NCBI GenBank assembly: GCA_010093605.1
Contig: MU004190.1
Span: forward strand, 1,372,961 to 1,436,960
From: Lophium mytilinum
Taxonomy: Eukaryota
Reading direction: 5' to 3'
Length of the DNA: 64,000 nt
Both the position numbers and the translations under genes were made by a program. The first letter of the stretch is position 1, and every line of letters begins with the position of its first letter. The notes beneath the pieces are model-generated. The model was given only the letters and a program-made list of their open reading frames with translations, had not been told where the DNA came from and made no database searches. Positions 37,660-48,202 of the stretch are shown in pieces.

Positions 37660-38861
37660 TGATTGCCACTGGAAACCTCGGCAAGCTAATAAAATATATG
37701 GATGCATCGTAGCCTTCAACCCCACTCGCAGGCTTCTATATGGTAGAGCGTATTGGCAACCCTGACAGCTACCGAAACGTGCTGCCGTCGTTATCAGGTC
37801 CATTCATCCGACAAGCATATGTCCCTTGTTGATATGTCGTCTTACTTGCTGTATGCTAGCCTAAAGCTGACAGCCTCGTTGGTTGATGTTCATTGTTCAT
37901 TTACTTTCCATCCTCATGAACCTTTTCTAGTGCGGCGACTGAAGTCTTCCTTCCAATTTTGTTGACCTAATTTTATCATTGATTACAGCCTCATAATGGC
38001 GTTGAATTGGAACAATCACCTACGGAAATCAAGACTGGTAGCAAACAAGGCGCCCACGTATTTGTGCACAGTGTTTGCGTTTTACCCTATATCCAAGCTC
38101 TACGGCCTAAAGTTTAAGCAAAGGAGTGCCCAGGTTTATGTCCTAGTAAAGCAAGTAACATTCTTATCCAAATCTAATTTTAACTACACGCTCTCTTTGC
38201 ATATATGCTATCAAGTAACTAGAAGCAATTGAGAGGGCTTTGGACGAGGGTGGTGTGTAGCATGTGATCCCCTGACCTCAAACCTCTATCAAATATACAA
38301 CGATGCTAAGCTTGTTAACGACGCTTCCCAACAGGTGTGTAACGTGTGTATAGAAACTCTACAATCCAGTCCGGGTTGGCAGTGCTGTCGGCATGGCGTA
38401 ACTACGTCTTCTGCCTCGCGGCTCATAACTAGCGTTCGTCAACATTCACCAACTTTACACCGCCCCGGTCTCTACTTTCCTCACGCCTTTCAACTCCCGC
38501 GCTGCTCGGTCATCCGCCTCCAACCGTTCACTCCCACCCAGCCGGCTCCTCCGCACGTGCACGCAGCAGAGCGTCCTGGCCTCCCGCCGTAGCCTCCGGC
38601 CGTCCACCTCACACAGACATAAAAGGCTAGCTCGATCACTCACTCACCAACCAAACCTTCTTCTCCACCACCGCAACCGGTACAGCATCACACACCCACC
38701 ACCGCATCAACTCACAACCTGCATCCTCCACAGTCTTCATCAGCACACAGCTTCTATCACTGACAGTTCTTGCGCAACCTCGTGTCTCGCTGTATCTACC
38801 GGCTTCTCGAAATACCACAACCCTCCAACATCTTTCACCTCCCTCAATCCCCACCGACATC

Positions 38862-41800
38862 ATGGTCGTAAGTGAACCCCCCATCCGCCCTAGTCGCCAC
38901 CCGCTATGATCTCCTCCTTCGCCTCGCGACTATGTGCTCAAGGAAACGAATACTAACTCGACCTTGTAGTACTCCTACGGTCGCTCCATGGACCACAAGA
39001 ACCCTACGCTCGAACAATACTTTGGATTAGGGCCGAAGACCACTTGGGAGCAGGCGCGCCTGCTCGCCAACGATGGTATCAGAGACTACAGCTTCTCTGA
39101 CGACCATTACCTGGCGCTGGTCATGGCCAAGACGTTGGATCGCGATAGTAAGAGTATCTGGCGCGAACACGACCTAAGGAAGTCTATCGTCTTGCATCGT
39201 GACGCGGGATACGACGTGAGCGCCATCGCTACTCGACACAATGGTAGGCCAGAGACCCCTCTCCATGCTCATTGTATTTCTCTAATAAAGAAAAGTGACC
39301 GAGGAGGACGTCCGATCCGTCTACGCCTGCCCGGGAATTGCAACAACCAATGGTAAGTCATGCCATCTCCTCTCTCAATTCAAAACAACTCGGTCGTAAG
39401 TCTGCGCACATGGATTCACCACTGCTTGGCTCGCGCCTTGATCACTCGCCACCACTGTAAGGGGTGGCCTAGCTGTACAGTGACCAGTCGGTCAAGAGGC
39501 ATCCCAATTTGCACTGCTTGAACATCAACATCGTTCTTCGAATTTGAGACCCGGTCAGGGTACACCAAGCAGTAGCGAACGAGTGTCCGCAGACTTTTCG
39601 CCTGTCTCTGATCTCTCCGCTCCAGCACATTCGTACTAACTCTCGAGCGATTTAGGTGGTCTCGCAGTCGATCCCATCGGGCATCGCCCAAATCCACACG
39701 GATCTTCCCCATATCCGCCCGCTACGACGCCAATGCAGCCGTCCGACCCGCCCTCACCCTCGCCCACTCAGCCTGCCATGCAAGACCTTGGAAGTATGGG
39801 GCGTCATAAAGTGACCAGGGATGAGGAACCACCCGTCGGCCCAACTGGACAGTCGCTCGGACTCCAAGCTTCCGTAGATGGTTTGGGTAAGTTCTATTCA
39901 CCTATACTACCAGCTAGCGCCTTCTAACGCTATATGATCAGGATATACAGCGGCACTTGGCCAAGCGCAGAGGTCTAAACAGGACAAGAAAGACCACAAG
40001 ACACTCCTAAAAGGCCTAAAGGAGAAGAAAGGCTGGCTCGAAGAACGTCTTGGACTCTTCGTTAAGATGATGAGTCAGAAGAGTGATTGCAGCAATGTTG
40101 TGCATGAGCTGTACGGCTTGTTCGAGAGGGTCAACGGGTACTTCGAAAAAGACCCGATTCCGCTCAATGCGGACGATATTGACTGGATAGGCTGGCCCGT
40201 CGAGGATCTAGACGGTTACTTCAAGGTGTTACTAGAGGCGGCGCAGTCAGGGTGTCGCTGGGTTGAACCGGCTGCTCTAGAGCTACAAAAGCTGGGAGGA
40301 TATCTCAACACAGCGCAGACTACCCCTGGCGTTTGTTCTCTCCGCGAGGGAGCCCTGCCGTCCCTCGGATCCTATCCGACACAGGCTGCGCAACAAGCCC
40401 CAATCGCCCAACCTCCCTCGGTTCTGAACAGCTCACAATCGTCGTCAAGTACGAATATCTTCGGGTTTCTGGCCAAGCCACAGCATGCGCCCTCAGTCCT
40501 GCAAACTTCGCAGCCAGCGCCCGCCTCCAATCCCTTCGTCAATCTGACGAATCCGCAGAATGCTCTTTTGTCGTCTATGCTGGAGCAGCAACCGGCACAT
40601 TGCCCCGATACCATGGAGGGCATTGACACAACGCCCCATTTCCCCGACCACAACAGCCGCTTGAAGTGGGTCCAAGATACACACCAGGAGGTCATGGTCG
40701 AGGCGAGCAAGCTGTATGACGCGCTCGGCACGACCGGAGGATGCGAAGCTCAACTGAGTCGTCCGAAGGAGCTGTTTGACCAAGTCAGCAGCGCTCTCGA
40801 GGGAGACACCGTTCCGATGAACAACGGCGAGCTCGCATGGATCAGGTGGGATACCAACTCTCTCCAACTCTTGCTGAACAAGATGTTATCCATTGCGGCA
40901 CCCCGCTCGCAGGTCTTCTGCGACACTGGAAGTGCCCTTGAAATGCTCTTGGCGCGTCTGGAGCAAGCTTCTAGAACCCCAGGTATCTGCTCGATGGGAG
41001 GCGGCCCGCAGCCACCACAGGGAGCTCCTAGCACTTTCGGACAGCCCTCGCAGCAGCCACAGGCTGCGCAGAACTCGCCCTTCTCCAACCCGCCTTCAGG
41101 TCAATTGGGGTCTTCGCCGTTTGGTTCTTCTGCCTTTGGACAGCCCTCACAGCAGCCACAAGCTGCTCAAATCTCGCCCTTTGCCAATCTGAGGTCAGGT
41201 CCCCTGGGCTCTTCTCCATTTGGACAGCAGACCCAGCAGCAACCGTCATCAGTGGCTCAATCTGCATCCCCATTTGGCGGACTGGGTCAATCCAACACCA
41301 GTCCTTCCCCCTTCGGCCCATCGATGGCCCCCCAGCAGCCGAGCGTGTTCCAACAGACTCAGCAGCAACCGTCATCGATGGTTCAACCCGCGAACCCATT
41401 TGGCGGACTGGGTCTAACCAATGCCGCTCCTTCACCATTTGGTCAAGCAACAGCCTCGCAGCAGTCGAGCGGATTCCAGCTGCACTCCAAGCAAATCTCG
41501 CCGGAGGATGCCCACAAGGCATTCCTCGACTACGCGAAGCTGAAGTCCAAGGACATCAAGGACAAAAGCCAAAAGGTCATGAATGGCATTAACGACTGCA
41601 AGCCATATAGCTCGGCACTCCGCAACCTGTTGACTTACCTTCAGGACTGCAGGAAAAGGCTTGTCGACGACCCGACACCGCTCAACAAGGGTGACGTTAA
41701 ATACATTCGCTGGAACATCGACGATCTCCTAACTTTGGGCCGGGGTCTCCAAGACTTCGGTGATAAAAGCGATGCCAATGTCGGAAAGACGCTGAGTGAA

Positions 41801-42889
41801 CTCTCTCAGCTCATTCCACGGTTGCAAACCGCGCGCCAGACGCCAGGCGTGTCTGTCCTAGCATCGCAGCGCGCGCCGACGCAGCCAAGCTCCTCCCACG
41901 TATCAGGGAGCCTTCCACCTCGCAATGCCGGACAGCCGTTTTCCAGGATGGGAGCCTCTGCGGCGCCTTCGAGCAGCCTCCGTAACGCGCCGCCCCTTAG
42001 CAACACGCCTTCTCCCTTCCCCCAGCCGACATCTTCTGGTGGTCCTCCCAGGAACTTTGGACAAGGCTTCAACATGCAGGGCATGGCGGCACAGAGTGGG
42101 CAGGGTTCCACCCCGAGCCTGGGCAATATGCCGGCTCTTGGGAGCAAGCCCACTCGTAGCTTGCGCGACATGCCCGCTCTCTCTTCAGAGTAGTACGAAC
42201 TGTAAGTCAGCCGCTTTTTTCAACTCTCGTTCTTCTTCGACTCCTAGGATTGTAGCTAAGACTAGTAACAGTTCCTTGAGTCTATCGCCGACGCGGAGTG
42301 CGCTGGCGGAGGGGAGTGTGAGTGCGCAGAATGAACCCAATCAAGTTTCAAAAAGTCGGAGCGCCTTAGGCGCACCATAGCCGAAACAGAAAACCCAAAA
42401 ACACAGCAAAAGCACCCCAAAAAAACAGCAAAAGCAGAAAACCCAAAAACAGCAACCAATTGCAAGTCTATCCAGGGGAGCACCGTCATCGAAGGGAAAA
42501 TCGATTGCTCCACCTCCTACACCGAAATTGAATGCACCGAAGGAGGGTTCCGTGCGGAAGACCGTCGTTGACGAGGATTACAACGATCGTACACCAGACG
42601 GAGATGCTTTGGCCGAGGCTATGAAAAAAATGGGGGTGAAAGAAGCGAAGAAGGCGCCAAAGAAGGTGCTAGAAAAGGCGCCAATGAAGGCACCAGATAC
42701 AGATGGGTTAACTGCGAGCATGAACAACGTGGCGGTCAAGCCCCTATATGTCGCGAAAGGGGAGCTCGTGCAGCCTCACGAGCTGAAGAAGCGCGAACGC
42801 AAGCCTGCTTTCAATGTGAAATTGGTATGTCATCCGCGGTTGTATTGTAGGGTTTCCATTCTAACTTCACATAGCTTGGTGCGAGTTAA
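38862..42889 (+). CDS. Orphan protein B, paralog of A: three copies of the same domain, an FG-rich linker and a Lys-rich tail; in-frame TAG at 42191-42193
   Basis: ATG GTC|gtaagt micro-exon; TTWEQA exon; DPIPLNADDIDWIGW..TPGVCS, DTVPMNNGELAWIRW..TPGICS, DPTPLNKGDVKYIRW..TPGVSV; downstream exons 42272-42317, 42381-42824 and 42875-42889 splice in phase. Confidence 0.7.
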
Positions 42890-42951
42890 GGCCGCGTAGG
42901 CATCTGGATGGCCTCGATGGGCTTCAATTAGATAGAGCGCGAGGGCAAAAA

Positions 42952-43140
42952 GGGGTGGCCAGGGCGAGGGGCAGTCATATTCCCTTTCCTTTCTTTTTCC
43001 CTTCTTTACTTTTCTGTCTTTTGGTGCTGCGTTCTATTGCGTTTCGGCCTCGCGTGTGGTAGGGGGAGGCGTGCGGCTCTAAGGGCCTTGTGTGTTATAT
43101 GGGCCCTAATAGGCTCATTTCGAGTATTGCGAGTGTGTGT
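42952..43140 (+). other. Conserved non-coding 3' element (copy B)
   Basis: Inverted homolog of 29640-29876. Confidence 0.85.
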
Positions 43141-43254
43141 CCCTTTTGTGCATCGTGTCCCTATTTGGGCTCGATGAGAGTACTGCGAGCGGGTGCGGCA
43201 TGGCGGAATACTGGCGTTGCGAGATACCCAATGATTATGAACCACAAAATTGCT

Positions 43255-44200
43255 ACAAACTATCCATTGCTTTTCCACATACGTGATACTGTCTAGAGTT
43301 CCCCCTGATCCCACTTGATTTTAAGCCGATGTAATAGCTAGAGCGTTGTGAAATAGATGGTGGTCAATCTACATGCGCCCTAGATCCGTTTCTCCAAAAC
43401 CCCAGGGTATTGGAAATCACAGCTCTCAAGTTTAAGCTTTCGATCTGTTGCATTGATACTATCATGACGCCGTTTGAGGTACTCCACAGCATCCTTAAAA
43501 TTATGATACATTAATTTGACGGACCTCAGAAAACTGCAGGGCCACGCCCTTTGGAAGCAAAAATGTTTGTGCGGACGAACACTAAACTCTTCACTCTAGA
43601 ATCTAGGATGGTAGTGCTCATAGCCTATGAATATAGCTTCCCCTTCTACGAGAATGTCGTTGTGCTAGCACCGTCTGAAGTGCCCTAAATGATTCTTCCT
43701 AATCTGACACTCATGTTCTTGACTAACCTTATGTATTGCCGGTCAGTTTTTAGTGGTGGCAGATACTTGTATGTCAGCATGCGCTTGACTTTTTGCGCCT
43801 GATTTAGAACGTATCAGAAGTCCCAGCTCATGAATGGGGTCTTCTGTTTTACGGTATTGTCAACGTTTTAGCACCGTCTGAAGCGCCTCAGATCCTCTAT
43901 TAATATTGACAGGTACCGTTTTGCCCAGCCTTATATCTTGTCGGCCCTCTTTTGGCGATGATAGAAAAGTACGCATGGACAATCATTTAACTTCCTATTC
44001 TTGCTACAAATCGCTTATTAGGGCTGGCTTATAATCCTAGGTTCATCTTTAATGATAGTGCCGTGGTCGTATCGCCGCCAGGAGTGCCTCAACGCCCTTA
44101 CCTAAATTTATATACTGTGGCTTTGACGGACCTTATACCTCGTTGGGCCGCCTCTGGCGGTGCCAATAAGATGTGCGCCTATTCTACTTAACTTAGGGAT
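43255..44200. repeat. Degenerate ~190-202 bp tandem array (~5 units); inverted relative of the 171-bp array
   Basis: 43265-43350 is the reverse complement of the 171-bp unit; related cores at about 43275, 43466, 43667, 43870, 44071 (agcaccgtctgaag.gcc twice). Confidence 0.75.
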
Positions 44201-44329
44201 ACGATCGGCGATACGTCTCAGATTACAACAGAACTGGCTTAAATTCGGACACTAGAGCGAGCCAGCGTTTAGAACTTTATTCACTCAACTCTATGGCGAG
44301 AAGGTTTCATAGTCCCCATTCCATGGACC

Positions 44330-44780
44330 TTTACATTGCTCATTGATTTTTTCATGCTTGATAGCGTTGTAAGAGATGGCCCAGCTAGAAGATTCCAGGT
44401 GAGTCAAGAGGTAGTCCCACACAGAGTGCCAATGGATGCTCTTGCGGAAAACCTGCGCAACTACGCCGCCCATTTAGATCGACCAACTGGCCACAAGTGG
44501 GTCATTGAAGGATATGCCAACTACACGGTGGCACTCATTTTGAAGATCTTCCAAGTCGAGTTCAAGTCGGAACCACCGGCAAAAGTCTCGACACATACGG
44601 TATGGGAAATCATGCAGTTCTGTATCAAGTACGATGTATACACGGGCGCTTTCAAACCATGGTTCAGGTACTGGTATCGCTGTGAGATGTGCGACGATGA
44701 AGGAGACTTGGAGATTGTCTAGTTTCAATTGTGTTCACCTTCACATCATGTTCGGAGAAAGGACGGTTTCATGTGAAGGA
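44330..44780 (+). pseudogene. Probable degenerate fungal BTB/POZ-like gene fragment
   Basis: RRFQVSQE..VALILKIF..VWEIMQFCIKYD..FKPWF..WY, then in-frame TAG followed by FQLCSPSHH..GF; no clear ATG. Confidence 0.5.
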
Positions 44781-45869
44781 AGAAGAGCAAATCAAGTTGA
44801 CGGCGTCGTTTTTCGCAGAGTCGTCTGCGTCGGCCTGAATGAACCAGTCTCTCGCACGCTTTACTACTTAATAGCGCTATGAGGGGGACCTTAGCTGCTA
44901 TTTACTCCGTAGGTCAAAAGAAGGTCAATCTCTACTGCGTTGACCTTGACATCATGTTCACAGCTTCTGCACGCATGATACCGCTGTGTGGAGAAGCTCA
45001 ACCAGTAAGTTGCCTAGCAGCCAAGCGGTGGTCTATTTTCCAGTGCGTTAAACTTTGCACTATGTTGTTTACTCTTGCGTGCTTGATGCCATCGTTTGGA
45101 ATAGCTTGGCTGGCAGGAAGTTCGTTAGCCAAGAGGAAGCACACCATCGATGCCAGAGATGAAACCCCTTGAAATTCTCTCCGAACTCATACACTCGGAT
45201 CTTCCCTCGGTCAAGCCGTAATGCTGCTTGCTCGACAACATCGCCAGGAGTACCCCAGCCAGCACGTAGCTAGCCCGTCAAAAGGAATCCTAATCTCCAT
45301 CCCAAAGAATCTGACTCTAGTGTAGTCTTCTTAAGACCATCCGCCCGTATATACCGTCGTCCAAGTCGAGTACTTGCTCGCTCGATACAACCGTCAGGAT
45401 AGTCTCTGCAAGACGGTGGCTAATCAGTCACACGGTAGTCTCATTTCCAATGAATGGAAGTAAGGATAGGCATGTGGATATACGTCTGCATAAACTTCAC
45501 TATTTCTCACTCAATATCGCTGTCAGGAGCAGCCTAGCTAGTACGAGGCTGTGCAGCCAAGGGAAGTCTGACTTGCAATGCATTGAAAAGGGCATAGGCA
45601 CACAGATACACGACTACTCAGGCTCCGCTCTTGAGTACACAACACCACCGTCGGGAGTAGCTTAACTATTAGGTAGCCAGGCAGCCAAAAGGTAAGCCGA
45701 TCTCAAGTGCATTGATTCATACAGTTAAATTAATCGCAAGCTAATATACGACCGCTCAGACTCCAAGCTTGCCACATTGATACCATCGTTCAGGAATATG
45801 CTGGTAAAAGGGTTGCTAGTCAGTCCAAAGATAGCCTCATTTAAACGCTCCGACCACCTGCACTCCCCC

Positions 45870-46190
45870 CTATATCTTCCCCTCCTCCCCCTTCTTCGCC
45901 GTCTCCTTCTGCAAATCCTCCATATGCTCATCGTGATCATCCACCTTCTGCTGGTCCGCTTTCACGTGACTTTCGCTCTGGCTTCCAAGCTCCTCGTGCC
46001 AATGTCCCTCGCCCTTATCCTGCTTCTTCAGCTGCTCCTGCTTCTTCGCTTCGATCTCTTCTCCGCTGCGGTTGGCATCTTCCTTCAATTGGCGGAAAGG
46101 TGTGGTTGCGAATGAGCGAGAGATGGGGGTGACGCGGAGAGATGATTGGGCGATGGTGGGGAATCGCTGGGGAAGGCGGAGGAGTGGCAT
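45870..46190 (-). CDS. Small conserved fungal protein, probably mitochondrial, function unknown
   Basis: Arg/Ser-rich presequence ending RSFATT; KKQEQLKKQ..GEGHWHEELGSQSESHVKAD. Confidence 0.8.
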   Translation of the reverse strand: MPLLRLPQRFPTIAQSSLRVTPISRSFATTPFRQLKEDANRSGEEIEAKKQEQLKKQDKGEGHWHEELGSQSESHVKADQQKVDDHDEHMEDLQKETAKKGEEGKI

Positions 46191-48202
46191 TTTGATGATT
46201 TGAATTGAATATGCGGGACTGTAGCGGATGGAAAGGATCCGAGGGATATGTTGGACTCAACTGCTTGGATTTGAGGTCGTTGGGGTTTCAGGCGTAATGG
46301 CGGTCGTCGGTTTTATGAATTGGAGTTTCTGACGTCATGCATGGGAAACTACTTCGCGCGTCATCACGATGGACTTGCTTGAAACCCCAAATGCCCCTAA
46401 TCAGTGAGATGAATTCGTCGGGTCGTCCCGAAGCTAAGTTGCTTCTTACGGTGAATAGTGGACAATACAAAGTGTGGAGGGAGTGATTGTTCACTCCGCT
46501 TCAGACTACTATGCTAAGAGACTTCCTACCATGCTCTTAATAAACAGTTCCATCACTTTTGGCTACATAGAAACTTTAGTATCTTTCTAGTACTCTCAAC
46601 GCCCCCGTCTTGAATCGTTCGTCACTCTTGTTCACTGAAACCAGTGAAATAATAGAGTCATGTTCGAATCACGTGACTAGGTTTCCAGCTCCCATAACAC
46701 TGTTCGAACACTCTCGTCTACGTTCGCTAGCGACACCTCCTTCCTATGCAGCCCGGCAATTGAGTTCAATTTCCAAAGGAACGATATCGAATGGCTTTCT
46801 GACCCTCTACGCTTCTTTTCCTAATCACAATTTCAAGCTTCGTAAAATTGCGTTCCAGATAGTATCCATGCATTTGTATACTAAGGGGCAGCGAGAATGC
46901 ACATTAAATTGACCGAGAGGCGAGAGGTTGCCCTCGTTCAAGATCACCCCTTATCCTATGCCCCCATCTGGAGTGTCGAGCAATAGTATGCCAAAATCGA
47001 GTTCAAATCGCACGGACTGGCTCCACTTTATTCATCTTACCACACCAAGATCATCTCCAGTTTCATGGTCCAATCTGGGGGGTCGAGCGATAGTAAGCCA
47101 AAACCGAGTGCGAATCGCACGGACTGGCCCCACTTTATACATTTCAACATCGCAAGATCTAGCTCCAACTCCCCATGAAGGCTTCGCATAGACGTAGTCG
47201 AACCTCTCCGCCTCCTCTCCGAAACATATAAGAGACGGAGAATATGCTTTTGCTCATCCCAGCCATGAATCCATCTTCGGCTAGCTGTTGATCCTCCACT
47301 TCGCAACCATGTCAAGCTCTGAACTTCCGGTGAGGGGAAGGTTTATATACCCGTCGACGAATTTCCGGGAGAATGTTGCTCCTCTTTCCGAGCCTAGTGG
47401 TGGCCAATTGGGATGCTCACGATCACCGGATTGTCACATGGTTATAAGGTTTAGTGAGCTTTTCAGGGTTTGTTATCCCCGTTGGCGGCTATGTATGAAG
47501 ATTATTGCCTCCAAAATTATATCTAGAGTTAGTACGCTGGCCTTGAAAGGGTGAGCAGAAGCCACTCAGCCGTCTACAACACAGTGCAAACCTGAATGCA
47601 CCCACTCCTCCTAAGTCTTCGGCGCGAGACCCGAAATCAGATGTCAAGATTGAGAGCATGGAGAAGACTGTGAGAAGATAATGGACAAAATTATTTCAGA
47701 GAAAGGATGATGAATAATATGAAAGATCAGCGATGACTATCAAACAAAATAGAGATACTCTGGAGTAAGATTCCTCAATAGTGAACGGCATCATTAGAGA
47801 TAGGAGAAAGCAATCATGCCTCAGCCACACGCTACTACAAAACGGCGCCATTCGGTTCAAGGTTCCTTGGAGTTGATGATGCACATCGAGAACGCCTGAT
47901 TGAGGTTGCAAACATGTGAGTCTTCTGCGCGATTTTGAATACCACCAGTCTCTCCGCCACCAGCAACACCGGCCATGAGGCAAGTGTAGCTCTCTTTTCA
48001 AACGTCTTCTCGACCGTCAACACCTTGCTGAATCCCATTCAAGCTCAAGAGATCTTGCCTTTACACCACAGTCCAGCTGATTTACAGCTCGCACGTGCCT
48101 AGAATAGTAAGCAAACCCGTGACCAGATATCAGTAATGACAGGGGTCCCCAAGAAAGTGTAGCTTATCGTTCAACAATCGAGGTATTCTACCTATTTCTA
48201 TC

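Noticed and set aside
28050..44260. Calling the cassette a Starship, Helitron or TIR transposon
   Set aside because: No DUF3435 recombinase, Rep/helicase or DDE transposase seen; I could not identify precise termini or a TSD
45330..45440. ABC-transporter-like fragment (ISHRL..QVLDLDDG) on the minus strand
   Set aside because: Very short, flanked by stops, no Walker or signature motifs; likely chance
47000..47140. ~25-bp direct repeat aatcgcacggactggcYccacttta
   Set aside because: Only two copies about 106 bp apart with no associated structure
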